Source: a virus. Taken from it: DNA of 29,344 nucleotides. Below are positions 7,147 through 14,539 of the stretch, piece by piece. The stretch is from the IMG/VR virus record IMGVR_UViG_3300003323_001383; one strand, given 5' to 3'. The notes beneath the pieces are model-generated. The model was not told the DNA's origin. It saw only the letters and a program-made list of their open reading frames with translations, and made no database searches. Every line of letters starts with the position of its first letter. Position 1 is the stretch's first letter. The position numbers were made by a program, and so were the translations under genes.

Positions 7147-7220
7147 CCGCCGGTAGCTCAGCGGTCACGAGCACGCGCCTTATAAGCGTGGGGTCGGTGG
7201 TTCAACTCCACCCCGGCGGA
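7147..7220 (+). tRNA. tRNA-Ile(TAT), a rare UAU anticodon that decodes AUA
   Basis: acceptor ccgccgg/ccggcgg, D arm gctc-agcggtcac-gagc, anticodon arm cgcgc-ctTATaa-gcgtg, T arm ggtgg-ttcaact-ccacc. Confidence 0.7.
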
Positions 7221-7264
7221 CGAAGCAGGCGGAGATGGCGCGCCCTCGGGCGTAACGTCGTCCC

Positions 7265-7338
7265 GGGCCCATCGTCTAAGTGGTTAAGGCCCCCGGCTCA
7301 TAACCGGGTAATTCTCGGTTCGAACCCGAGTGGGCCCA
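7265..7338 (+). tRNA. tRNA-Met(CAT)
   Basis: acceptor gggccca/tgggccc, D arm gtct-aagtggtta-aggc, anticodon arm cccgg-ctCATaa-ccggg, T arm ctcgg-ttcgaac-ccgag. Confidence 0.85.
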
Positions 7339-7364
7339 CTCCCGGCGCGGCCGGGGAAGAAATC

Positions 7365-7658
7365 ATGACCAAAACAAAGCTAGTTCAGGCGCTCTCGGAA
7401 CAGAACGACATCACCCGGGCCCAGGCCAAGGGGATCCTCGACAGTCTCTACTCGATCGCGGAGAACGCGCTGAGGGAGGAGGGGTCGTTCACCCTCCCGG
7501 ACGTCGTGAAGCTGACCCTGAAGGACGTCCCGGCGCAGCCGGAGCGGCAGACGATCAACCCCTTTACCAAGCTTCCTCACACCTCGCCCCCGCGCCCGGC
7601 CTCGAAGAAGGTGAAGGCGTCGCCGGCGGCGACCATCAAGAAGGCGTTCCAGAAGTAG
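7365..7658 (+). CDS. HU/IHF-family nucleoid-associated DNA-binding protein
   Basis: MTKTKLVQALSEQNDITRAQAKGILDSLYSIAENALREEGSFTLPDV...NPFT matches the HU fold signature (MNKTELI..LSK.QAK.ALE.....I...L..G..V.L.GFG.F); ggggaag RBS. Confidence 0.8.
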   Translation: MTKTKLVQALSEQNDITRAQAKGILDSLYSIAENALREEGSFTLPDVVKLTLKDVPAQPERQTINPFTKLPHTSPPRPASKKVKASPAATIKKAFQK

Positions 7659-7661
7659 GGC

Positions 7662-8648
7662 ATGTCCTGGCGGGACCTGCTCCAGAAGGAGGACGAGAGC
7701 CTCGTCCTCCCGTGGACCGGAGGGAGGACCGTCCTCTCGCCGGGCCCCGCGTACCAGATGCAGGGTCCGAAGCCCAGGGAGCACGGGTGGAAGGCTTTCC
7801 AGATAAAGGGAAGGAACGCCTTCCACGTCGGCCCGTCGGACCCGGAGGTCTCCGTCCTCGGAAGGCGCGTCACCGGGTACCTCGTCGGGGACCGCGTGGT
7901 CCCCGACGGGACACGGGTGGCCTCCGGCTACGATGGGATAATCTACTCCTCGGAGGCGGTCCACCTCCTCGAGCCCGGGATCGCCAGGTTCGCCAGGGTG
8001 TCCGCCGGCCGCGTCGCCGACGGGGCGCCCCTGGTCTTCGTCTCGGAGGAGATGCCGCTCGGGCCCGAGCAGGACGTCCTCGCCGCGTTCCAGGACCGGG
8101 CCCCGAACCTGGACGGGATCCGCGACGTCGAGCCAGCGCTCTACGCGGCCTTCGTCCTGGAGGTCGGCCAGAGGGCGTCGGCGGAGAAGGCCAGGGCCGA
8201 GCTCGAGGCGCAGCGCGCCCTGGAGGCCGCCCAGGCGGCCGAGAGGGAGCGGATCGGGAGGCTCGTGGAGCAGCTCTCGGACGCGCGCGGGAGGCGCGAG
8301 ATGGCGGCCTACGACTTCGCCCAGGCCGCGTCGGCGGCGCTGACCCTGGCGGAGGCTGAGTACCTGGACCACCGGGCGTCCGCCAACCGAGGGGAGATGG
8401 TCGTTACCTTCCGCCTCGAGGGGCGGAGGTTCGAGTGCGTGTGCGACGCCAGGACACTCCGGATCGTCGACTCGGGCATCTGCCTCGTCGACCACAGGAC
8501 CGGGGTCCGCGGCGACGACCGTTTCACCCTCGAGTCGCTCCCCGGCGTCATCCGCCTGGCGATGAGGACCGGCAGGCTTCACGTCTTCCGCCGGGTCGAC
8601 GACGACTACGGCGAGCGGGAGCACGATGACGACGACTACGACGACTAG
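7662..8648 (+). CDS. hypothetical protein (328 aa) with an acidic DDDYDD C-terminus
   Basis: ATG 4 nt after the HU stop; coiled-coil-like Ala/Glu/Arg-rich middle. Confidence 0.6.
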   Translation: MSWRDLLQKEDESLVLPWTGGRTVLSPGPAYQMQGPKPREHGWKAFQIKGRNAFHVGPSDPEVSVLGRRVTGYLVGDRVVPDGTRVASGYDGIIYSSEAVHLLEPGIARFARVSAGRVADGAPLVFVSEEMPLGPEQDVLAAFQDRAPNLDGIRDVEPALYAAFVLEVGQRASAEKARAELEAQRALEAAQAAERERIGRLVEQLSDARGRREMAAYDFAQAASAALTLAEAEYLDHRASANRGEMVVTFRLEGRRFECVCDARTLRIVDSGICLVDHRTGVRGDDRFTLESLPGVIRLAMRTGRLHVFRRVDDDYGEREHDDDDYDD

Positions 8649-8649
8649 G

Positions 8650-9021
8650 ATGTCGAAGAAGACCTACAACGAGCGCCTGAGGGTCCTCATGGAGGTGACG
8701 GCCGCGAGGGCCGGGACGGCGGGTTTCAGCGTCGTGGTCCCGCACGCGAGCCCGAAGGAGGTCTGGCGGCTCGACGGGAAGGACATCCGGGACGTCAAGG
8801 CGAGCCTCTCCGGCATGGCCGAGCTCCAGTCCGACCAGGAGTGCGACGAGTGCCTCGAGCTCCTTCCGAGAGGGCACACGGTCGCCGGGAAGGTCATCCT
8901 CTGGGAGAGGGACGGGGGCATACTCCAGTCCCGGTTCCACTGCACCTGCATCCCCTGCTTCGTCCAGGACCGCGGGGGCTACCTGTCCTCAGCCGTCGTC
9001 GCGCTGGTCATGGAGACCTGA
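8650..9021 (+). CDS. hypothetical Cys-containing protein; C-terminus ...VALVMET
   Basis: ATG directly after the previous TAG; CDEC...HCTCIPC cysteines; ends gtcatggagacctga. Confidence 0.55.
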   Translation: MSKKTYNERLRVLMEVTAARAGTAGFSVVVPHASPKEVWRLDGKDIRDVKASLSGMAELQSDQECDECLELLPRGHTVAGKVILWERDGGILQSRFHCTCIPCFVQDRGGYLSSAVVALVMET

Positions 9022-9045
9022 CGCGGGCCGGCGTAACGTCCCCGC

Positions 9046-9390
9046 ATGGACAACGACGAGTGCCCGTCGCGGACGACCTACAACGAGCCGATCCGGCACG
9101 TCGGCAGAGCCAGGACGGCGACGAAGCTGGCGATTCTGGCCATCGCGGCCGCGGCCGTCCTGCTCGTGGTCTTCGCGGAGCGACAGCCGAACCCGAGGAA
9201 GGAGCACGACAAGTACGTCTCCGAGCGGCCGGCCTGGAAGGGCCGGGAGTGGAGGGAGACCGAGGCCGTCCTCTTCGAGGACCCGGGCCACCCCCTCACC
9301 TATCACGTCTGCACCTTCCGGGGGTGCGGGCACTACTTCGAGGACAAGACGGGGACCGACATGGCTCCGGGAAACGGGCAGAAGGAATGA
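9046..9390 (+). CDS. hypothetical membrane protein with one TM helix
   Basis: hydrophobic stretch LAILAIAAAAVLLVVF; its stop overlaps the next start (ATGA). Confidence 0.55.
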   Translation: MDNDECPSRTTYNEPIRHVGRARTATKLAILAIAAAAVLLVVFAERQPNPRKEHDKYVSERPAWKGREWRETEAVLFEDPGHPLTYHVCTFRGCGHYFEDKTGTDMAPGNGQKE

Positions 9391-9791
9391 GCATCGAGGA
9401 CGCGGCGGTCGTCGGCAAGGACGGGACCGTGGTCTACTGGCACTCCCCGGAGAACAGGTCGTACGGGTTCATCCCCGACTCCAGGAAGCTCTGGGACGTC
9501 ATATGGGAGGGGAGGGCCTCCATCGACGGGATCGCCCACACTCACCCGGGCAGGGGCTACCCGAACCCGTCGAAGACGGACCTGACGACCTTCGAGGCCG
9601 TCGAGAAGGGCATCGGGCGCCGCATCAAGTGGTGGATACTGAGCGCGGACTCCTCGGTCCTCCTCGAGTGGAGCGACGAGTTCTCCGGAGGGTACGACGT
9701 CACCAGCTACATGACCGTGGAGCGAGAGCCGGGGTGGATGGCGGCCCTCAGGGCCCGCTCTTTCCCGGAGCTCCAGGCCGCGCCCGCGTAG
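9387..9791 (+). CDS. JAB/MPN(+) JAMM-type metalloprotease-domain protein
   Basis: IAHTHPGRGYPNPSKTD fits the JAMM motif H-x-H-x(7-8)-S-x-x-D (compare RadC HNHPSGDPTPSQAD), with an upstream WEGRAS glutamate; ATGA overlap with the upstream gene. Confidence 0.6.
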   Translation: MSIEDAAVVGKDGTVVYWHSPENRSYGFIPDSRKLWDVIWEGRASIDGIAHTHPGRGYPNPSKTDLTTFEAVEKGIGRRIKWWILSADSSVLLEWSDEFSGGYDVTSYMTVEREPGWMAALRARSFPELQAAPA

Positions 9792-9799
9792 CGCGGCCC

Positions 9800-10522
9800 A
9801 TGTCGCTGGACTGCATCATATCCGTCACCCCGAAGGCCCGAGGGAGGGCCAGGAAGACCGTGAACGGGCCGGTCTCCCGCTTCATCCGGGACGACGAGGA
9901 CTACTACCAGGCCGTCCTCAAGCACCTCAAGGAGTGCAGGGTGTGCGACCCCGCGGAGGCCCTCCGGGGGTTCCTGAAGAACCGGCGGGCCGAGAAGTTC
10001 GGTGGCAGGGTCTCGGGCCTCCTCCTCAACATGGCGGCCAAGTACGTCAAGAACTTCCGCCACCGCGGCGAGGAGATCGACGCCCTCTACAGGGAATACC
10101 TCGTCGGGCATTTCTCCAGCTTCCACGACCTCGAGGAGGCCAGGGGTCTGACGGTCGAGGAGGTGCGCCGGGCCCACTCGATGTACATGACCCGGCACGA
10201 GCGGGAGGTCCGCCTCGCCCTCGAGTCGGAGGCCGGCCCGAAGGAGAAGAAAAAGCGCGCGGAGCCGCACCCGTTCGACGAGGCGCAGAGCCGCATGGGG
10301 TGGAAGGACGAGGTCTGGCCGAGGGAGGCCCTCGGCCGCATCGTCCCGGTCGATCTCCAGTTTTACGCCTCCCTCTCCGAGGAGGAGGCGGAGGACCTCG
10401 GCCCCTACCCCCTCGCCGTCTGGCTCGTCACCCGCCACAGCTGGGAGACGGCCATCCGGGAGGAGTCGGTCATCGCGGAGTACGCGAGGCTCCAGCTCGC
10501 GCAGAACGTCATGGACTCGTGA
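9800..10522 (+). CDS. hypothetical helical, charged protein (240 aa); C-terminus ...AQNVMDS
   Basis: lies between the JAB and E1-like genes; N-terminal Cys residues (DCIIS, ECRVCD); I see no E2 HPN motif. Confidence 0.55.
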   Translation: MSLDCIISVTPKARGRARKTVNGPVSRFIRDDEDYYQAVLKHLKECRVCDPAEALRGFLKNRRAEKFGGRVSGLLLNMAAKYVKNFRHRGEEIDALYREYLVGHFSSFHDLEEARGLTVEEVRRAHSMYMTRHEREVRLALESEAGPKEKKKRAEPHPFDEAQSRMGWKDEVWPREALGRIVPVDLQFYASLSEEEAEDLGPYPLAVWLVTRHSWETAIREESVIAEYARLQLAQNVMDS

Positions 10523-10559
10523 GGGTCCGAGTGTAGCGATAGTGGAAGGAGACACGAAA

Positions 10560-10847
10560 ATGGTAGACATCGTTCAAGTTGGAGGAGGGTTCGTCGGCCC
10601 GAACGAGGCGAAGGTGAACCTTTCCTGGGGAGGGCAGAACTACGACCTCTCCAACCCGGTCCCCCTGGACATCACGGACGCGGACCTCAAGGGCGTCCTA
10701 TCCGAGGTCATCCGCGCGGGCGGCGACGGCATCCCGGCGGACCAGGACGTGGGCCCGATGGCGAACTTCGTCGTCGAGCGGCTCGGCCCGACGGCGAGGC
10801 GCCCGCACAACCTCATCATGGTCCAGCCGAAGACCGAGTTCGGCTGA
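10560..10847 (+). CDS. small protein ending ...KTEFG; candidate beta-grasp / ubiquitin-like partner of the adjacent E1
   Basis: 95 aa; ggaaggagacacgaaaATG RBS; alternating beta/alpha-like pattern; terminal Gly just before the stop; sits immediately upstream of the E1-like gene. Confidence 0.45.
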   Translation: MVDIVQVGGGFVGPNEAKVNLSWGGQNYDLSNPVPLDITDADLKGVLSEVIRAGGDGIPADQDVGPMANFVVERLGPTARRPHNLIMVQPKTEFG

Positions 10848-10893
10848 GGAGGCCGGCCCCGGAGATCCCGGGGCCGAGCCCTTAGGGGTCAGG

Positions 10894-11466
10894 ATGAAGA
10901 AGGTCACGATCGTCGGCGCCGGGGCCCTGGGCTCTCACCTCGTCATGCTGCTTCGGAACCACGCCGACATGAAGGTCGTGGACTTCGACCGCATCGAGAC
11001 GAAGAACACGATGTCCCAGCTCCACGGCAAGAGCACGGTCGGGAAGAACAAGGCAAAGTCTCTCCAGCAGACGATGCTCTTCCTGTTCGGCACGAGGCTC
11101 GAGGCGGTCCCGCACCGGCTCGAGCCGTCGAACGTCAAGGAGCTCCTCGAGGGCTCGGACCTCGTGGTCGACTGCGTCGACGACGGGCCGACCCGGAGGG
11201 TCATCCAGGCGTTCTGCGTGGAGAGAGGGATTGCGTGCCTGCACGGGGCGCTCTCGGCCGCCGGGGCAGACTTCGGCCAGGCCCGGTGGACCGAGGAGTT
11301 CACAGCCCACGACCGGACGGAGGGCGCGCCGACCTGCGAGGACGGCGAGCATCTTCCGTACATCGCGAAGGCCTCGGCGCAGCTCGCCATCGCGGCGCAG
11401 GACTTCCTGCGCGACGGCTCCAAGCGCGGGTTCCTCGTGCAGCGGGGCCCGGTCAAGGAGATCTGA
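10894..11466 (+). CDS. minimal E1-like adenylyltransferase (ThiF/MoeB/UBA superfamily)
   Basis: VTIVGAGALGSHLVMLL...VVDFDRIETKNTMSQL nucleotide-binding motif, then DLVVDCVDDGPTRRVIQAFCVERGIACLHGALSAAGADFGQ; only 190 aa. Confidence 0.8.
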   Translation: MKKVTIVGAGALGSHLVMLLRNHADMKVVDFDRIETKNTMSQLHGKSTVGKNKAKSLQQTMLFLFGTRLEAVPHRLEPSNVKELLEGSDLVVDCVDDGPTRRVIQAFCVERGIACLHGALSAAGADFGQARWTEEFTAHDRTEGAPTCEDGEHLPYIAKASAQLAIAAQDFLRDGSKRGFLVQRGPVKEI

Positions 11467-11553
11467 GGATTGACGGCGGTACGTCCGCCGGTGTAAAGTA
11501 ACGACGTCAGCAGCGAGACGCCAAGCGTCTCCGGGACCAGAAGGTCCCTCTCG

Positions 11554-11682
11554 GGGTTCAAGGAGACTGGGTCTCCACCAATCGGTAAAATTGGCAAATC
11601 ACCCAGAGTCGGCAATCGGGCCAGCGATGGCCCTCCCGAACGGCTCTCACAAGCAAGCTAGGTTCGATTCCTAGGGACCCCA
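11554..11682 (+). tRNA. tRNA-Tyr(GTA)-like gene interrupted by a ~58-nt insertion between the anticodon stem and the T stem
   Basis: 5' ggggttc-aa-ggag-actgggt-ctcc-a-ccaat-cgGTAaa-attgg; 63 nt of insert (11595-11657) ending ggctctcacaagcaagc; then ctagg-ttcgatt-cctag-ggacccc-a, which pairs with the 5' acceptor (one G-U). Confidence 0.55.
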
Positions 11683-11717
11683 CACGCCGGGCCTTCCGGC
11701 GTAAGATCGCAGAGTTC

Positions 11718-11851
11718 GCCCCGTAAGAGGTCTGGGTACCTCATTTCCCTTCCACGGAAACACACAACACCCCAGGCTAGCCAATCGACCCCTCGCGGGG
11801 TCACCAGGCACAGTCTCACATGCATGGATGGTTCGATTCCATCACGGGGCT
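11718..11851 (+). tRNA. tRNA-Gly(TCC) interrupted by a ~61-nt insertion in the variable region, with an encoded CCA
   Basis: 5' gccccgt-aa-gagg-tctgggta-cctc-a-tttcc-ctTCCac-ggaaa; 66 nt (11761-11826) containing caatcgaccc and gtctcacatgc; then gatgg-ttcgatt-ccatc-acggggc-t-cca; acceptor 7/7 complementary across 134 nt. Confidence 0.7.
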
Positions 11852-11880
11852 CCAGAGGCGTTCAGCGCGGCAAAGCACAC

Positions 11881-11952
11881 ATGCAATTAGCTCAAAGGTA
11901 GAGCGTCGGCCTACTAAGCCGGATGTTGCGGCCTCGAAAACCGCATTGCAAT
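11881..11952 (+). pseudogene. degenerate, AT-rich tRNA-like sequence (anticodon ACT, non-canonical 9-nt T loop, encoded t-cca)
   Basis: atgcaat-ta-gctc-aaaggta-gagc-g-tcggc-ctACTaa-gccgg-atgtt-gcgg-cctcgaaaa-ccgc-attgcaa-t-cca; the first acceptor pair is mismatched. Confidence 0.35.
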
Positions 11953-11991
11953 CCAACCTCCCGCTTTCCGAATCGAACGTCTCGTAGTCTT

Positions 11992-12119
11992 GCCCGAAGT
12001 CGGGGTCTGGGACCCCACCAGTTTTTGGAACTGACAAACCCAGCGTCGCGCATCGACCCCCGTGAGAGGGTCAGCAAAGCGGCTCTCACAAGCTTCCGGT
12101 TCGAATCCGGATTCGGGCG
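11992..12119 (+). tRNA. tRNA-Gln(TTG) interrupted by a ~55-nt insertion in the variable region
   Basis: 5' gcccgaa-gt-(c)gggg-tctggga-cccc-a-ccagt-ttTTGga-actga; 60 nt (12035-12094) containing catcgaccccc and ggctctcacaagc; then tccgg-ttcgaat-ccgga-ttcgggc-g; acceptor 7/7. Confidence 0.55.
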
Positions 12120-12146
12120 CAAGGAAAGGCAGAGGTAACGTGAAGG

Positions 12147-12506
12147 ATGAACTCCTCCGTTGATCTGCCTCCGCAAGGCATCCTTCGGCTTCTCGAGGAC
12201 GCGAGGAAGGTGTCCGTGTGGCTCACCGACTGTCACTTCGAGCGAAGGCTCGGGGATCCCTCGGACGTCTCCTTGTTCGACCTCAGCTTCCTGAGAGGCG
12301 ACTTCGCCGAGAGGAACGGGGTCCGGGAGCTCCGCATCGAGGGAGTGACGGTGTGCCATCCGGTGACGAGGCAGGAGCTCGAGCCGTTCTTCGACGGCAG
12401 GGAGGTCGTGAACCTCGTCGGGTGCCGGCACTGCGGCCGTCCTTGCGACCCGGAGCACGGGATCTGCCCGGACTGGGCCGCCGCGGCGTGTGTTCTGTCC
12501 TCGTAG
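12147..12506 (+). CDS. hypothetical protein (119 aa) with a C-terminal CRHCGRPC...C cluster
   Basis: ATG preceded by gtgaagg; its last codons overlap the start of tRNA-Arg. Confidence 0.5.
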   Translation: MNSSVDLPPQGILRLLEDARKVSVWLTDCHFERRLGDPSDVSLFDLSFLRGDFAERNGVRELRIEGVTVCHPVTRQELEPFFDGREVVNLVGCRHCGRPCDPEHGICPDWAAAACVLSS

Positions 12507-12571
12507 CCTAAGGGATAGGCGGCGCTTTCCTAAAGCGTTATTATATGCAGGTTCGAGTCCTGCCGAGGACG
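12497..12571 (+). tRNA. tRNA-Arg(CCT)
   Basis: acceptor gtcctcg/cgaggac, anticodon arm gcgct-ttCCTaa-agcgt, unusual AT-rich variable loop tattatat, T arm gcagg-ttcgagt-cctgc. Confidence 0.75.
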
Positions 12572-12575
12572 CGAT

Positions 12576-12648
12576 GGGGTCGTAGCTCAAATGGGAGAGC
12601 GTCTCGATGGCATCGAGAAGGTAGCCGGATCGTTACCGGTCGACTCCA
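12576..12648 (+). tRNA. tRNA-Ala(GGC)
   Basis: acceptor ggggtcg/cgactcc (G-U), D arm gctc-aaatggg-agagc, anticodon arm tctcg-atGGCat-cgaga, atypical T arm gccgg-atcgtta-ccggt. Confidence 0.65.
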
Positions 12649-12699
12649 CTGGTAGAAACGCGAGGAGTGCCTCGACACTCTCGATCGTAAGCTCTTGCC

Positions 12700-13089
12700 A
12701 TGCGAGGAGCGACCGTCGAGGACGACCGCGCCGAGTGCCGGCGCCGCTGGTGGTACAAGGGCAAGGACGGCAAGCCATGCCTCCCGACGGCGGATGGCGC
12801 CGAGGAGGACCTCGAGCGCCTCGCCTACTTCGAGTACCGGGGCGTCGACGAGCTGCACGGCGAGCTCGACCGCGTCGGTCCCTACTGCATGCTCACCCAC
12901 CTCGTCGTCACGGCCATGGGGTCGGAGAGGGCGGCGAAGGAAAAGCTCACGTTCGGCAAGGCGTTCGAGTACGCATGCCGCTTTCTCAAGCTCCCGGGCA
13001 GGCCGCCCGTCGACGTGGAGGAGGCCGTCCTCAAGGTCGCGTTCCAGGTAATAGCGACGGGCAGAATAGACGGCCTCCCGGACGCCTGA
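12700..13089 (+). CDS. hypothetical protein (129 aa)
   Basis: ORF between tRNA-Ala and tRNA-Thr; its stop lies 1 nt before tRNA-Thr(TGT). Confidence 0.5.
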   Translation: MRGATVEDDRAECRRRWWYKGKDGKPCLPTADGAEEDLERLAYFEYRGVDELHGELDRVGPYCMLTHLVVTAMGSERAAKEKLTFGKAFEYACRFLKLPGRPPVDVEEAVLKVAFQVIATGRIDGLPDA

Positions 13090-13090
13090 C

Positions 13091-13162
13091 GCCCATCAAG
13101 CATTGACGGCGATGCACCGGCTTTGTATACCGGGGAACCCGGTCCGACTCCGGGGATGGGCT
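13091..13162 (+). tRNA. tRNA-Thr(TGT) with a TCCGA-type T loop
   Basis: acceptor gcccatc/gatgggc, D arm gcat-tgacggcg-atgc, anticodon arm ccggc-ttTGTat-accgg, T arm cccgg-tccgact-ccggg. Confidence 0.7.
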
Positions 13163-13186
13163 CGGAAGAGCGTAAGGTCGTCCGGC

Positions 13187-13600
13187 ATGGCGGAAGTGAA
13201 CAGCATACCGTTCTCCCCGGACAGCTCCGGGAGGGTGGAGGAGTGCCACAGGCTGGACACGCCGAGTACGACGGGGATGGACCAGTTCCGGTGGACAATC
13301 CTCAAGCCCGGCCTCGTGACGATGGTCAGGATAGTGCCGGTCGCCCCCGGGACCATGAACGAGGAAGGGGTTGCCCCGTGGGACGAAGAGCTCGCCCTCA
13401 AGTGCGAGATAAAGGACATACTCGTAAGGGGGCACCGTCAGGACTGGGAGCTCAGGCACCCGTCCGGGAGGCCCCGCCTCAGCTTTGTGTGGAAGCCGGG
13501 CATGGCGGTGGCTCCGAAGGACACGCTGCAGATCAACATAGCCTCTCCTCCGGGCTCCTACCTGGTCGGGGAGCTCTACCTGACATGGTTGGCGGACTAA
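13187..13600 (+). CDS. hypothetical protein (137 aa from the MAEVNS start)
   Basis: the ORF listed from 13103 overlaps the tRNA, so I chose the internal ATG at 13187. Confidence 0.5.
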   Translation: MAEVNSIPFSPDSSGRVEECHRLDTPSTTGMDQFRWTILKPGLVTMVRIVPVAPGTMNEEGVAPWDEELALKCEIKDILVRGHRQDWELRHPSGRPRLSFVWKPGMAVAPKDTLQINIASPPGSYLVGELYLTWLAD

Positions 13601-13671
13601 GCCCTCGTAGCTCAGTGGCAGAGCACGTCCTTGGTAAGGACAAGACACGGGTCCGATTCCCGTCGAGGGCT
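13601..13671 (+). tRNA. tRNA-Thr(GGT), with an encoded CCA
   Basis: acceptor gccctcg/cgagggc, D arm gctc-agtggc-agagc, anticodon arm gtcc-ttGGTaa-ggac, T arm acggg-tccgatt-cccgt, then t-cca. Confidence 0.75.
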
Positions 13672-13677
13672 CCAGTC

Positions 13678-13748
13678 GCGGGACTGGTATAGAGGCTGTG
13701 CCTCGGCTTTCCAAGCCGAAGAGACCGGTTCGAGTCCGGTGTCCCGCT
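13678..13748 (+). tRNA. tRNA-Trp(CCA)
   Basis: acceptor gcgggac/gtcccgc, anticodon arm tcggc-ttCCAag-gccga (anticodon CCA), T arm accgg-ttcgagt-ccggt. Confidence 0.75.
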
Positions 13749-14131
13749 CCTAGAGGCCCGCGCGCCTCCGCATCCGGCCCTCCCACTCTCGGCCGAGGCG
13801 CTGCCCGCGCTCCGAGACGGCCTTCCTCTCCCTCGGGTCGGCCACGTCCTTGCTCTTGCCGCGGCTCGAGATGCGCTCCACGGCGGTTATCCGGCCGCAC
13901 GCGACGTGGACGTGGAAGACCTCCGCGTCCTTGTTGAAGCCGTGCTCGTCGAGCTTCCGCGTCGCCGCGGAGACGTCCTTCCTGCTCTGGAACAGGACGC
14001 TCCCGCTGAGGAGGGAGGTGGAGCAGACGACGCGCCATCGGCCGATGTTCATCGGGGTTGCCATCCCGGGGCCTTACGCTCGGGGCCCGCGCACCTCCGT
14101 AGGTCCTTCCCGGACGGGCGTACGGTCCGGG

Positions 14132-14539
14132 ATGGCGAAGGTCCTGATAGTGGACGACTCCGCCCTGGTCCGGGTCCTGATGGCGGACTGGCTGCGGAGG
14201 GAGGGGCACGAGGCGGTCTCCATCGACTCGCCCGCGCTTCTGGGATCGACGATGATGAGGGAGCGCCCCGACATCGTCGTCATGGACGTCGACCTCGGAG
14301 GGGTCCGGGGAGACAGGATGACGGCCGTGGCCCGCGAGAGCGGGCTCATCGACTGTCCGGTGGTCCTCGCCTCGGCGAGGCGCGACTCGGACCTCGCGAT
14401 GCTCTGCGTCGAGTGCGGGGCCATCGGGTACGTGCAGAAGGGCGAGGACGGTCCCGCCTTCGTGCGCGCTCTCGAGTCGTACATGACGCGCCGTTCGCTC
14501 CTCCCGGCGTCGAGGAGGAGAGTGTCTTCGCGGGCGTAG
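14132..14539 (+). CDS. standalone response-regulator receiver (CheY-like REC) domain protein
   Basis: MAKVLIVDDSALVRVLMADWLRREGHE...PDIVVMDVDLGGVRGD carries the conserved acidic pocket and phospho-acceptor Asp; no output domain. Confidence 0.75.
   Translation: MAKVLIVDDSALVRVLMADWLRREGHEAVSIDSPALLGSTMMRERPDIVVMDVDLGGVRGDRMTAVARESGLIDCPVVLASARRDSDLAMLCVECGAIGYVQKGEDGPAFVRALESYMTRRSLLPASRRRVSSRA

Noticed and set aside
7380-8624. 414-aa minus-strand ORF antisense to the HU and 328-aa genes
   Set aside because: A GC-frame artefact opposite a convincing HU-like CDS.
13140-13660. GGTCCGA heptamers as Ro60-binding sites
   Set aside because: They lie within otherwise normal tRNA-Thr T loops with no opposing UUGAC strand. 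Kept only as a minor observation.
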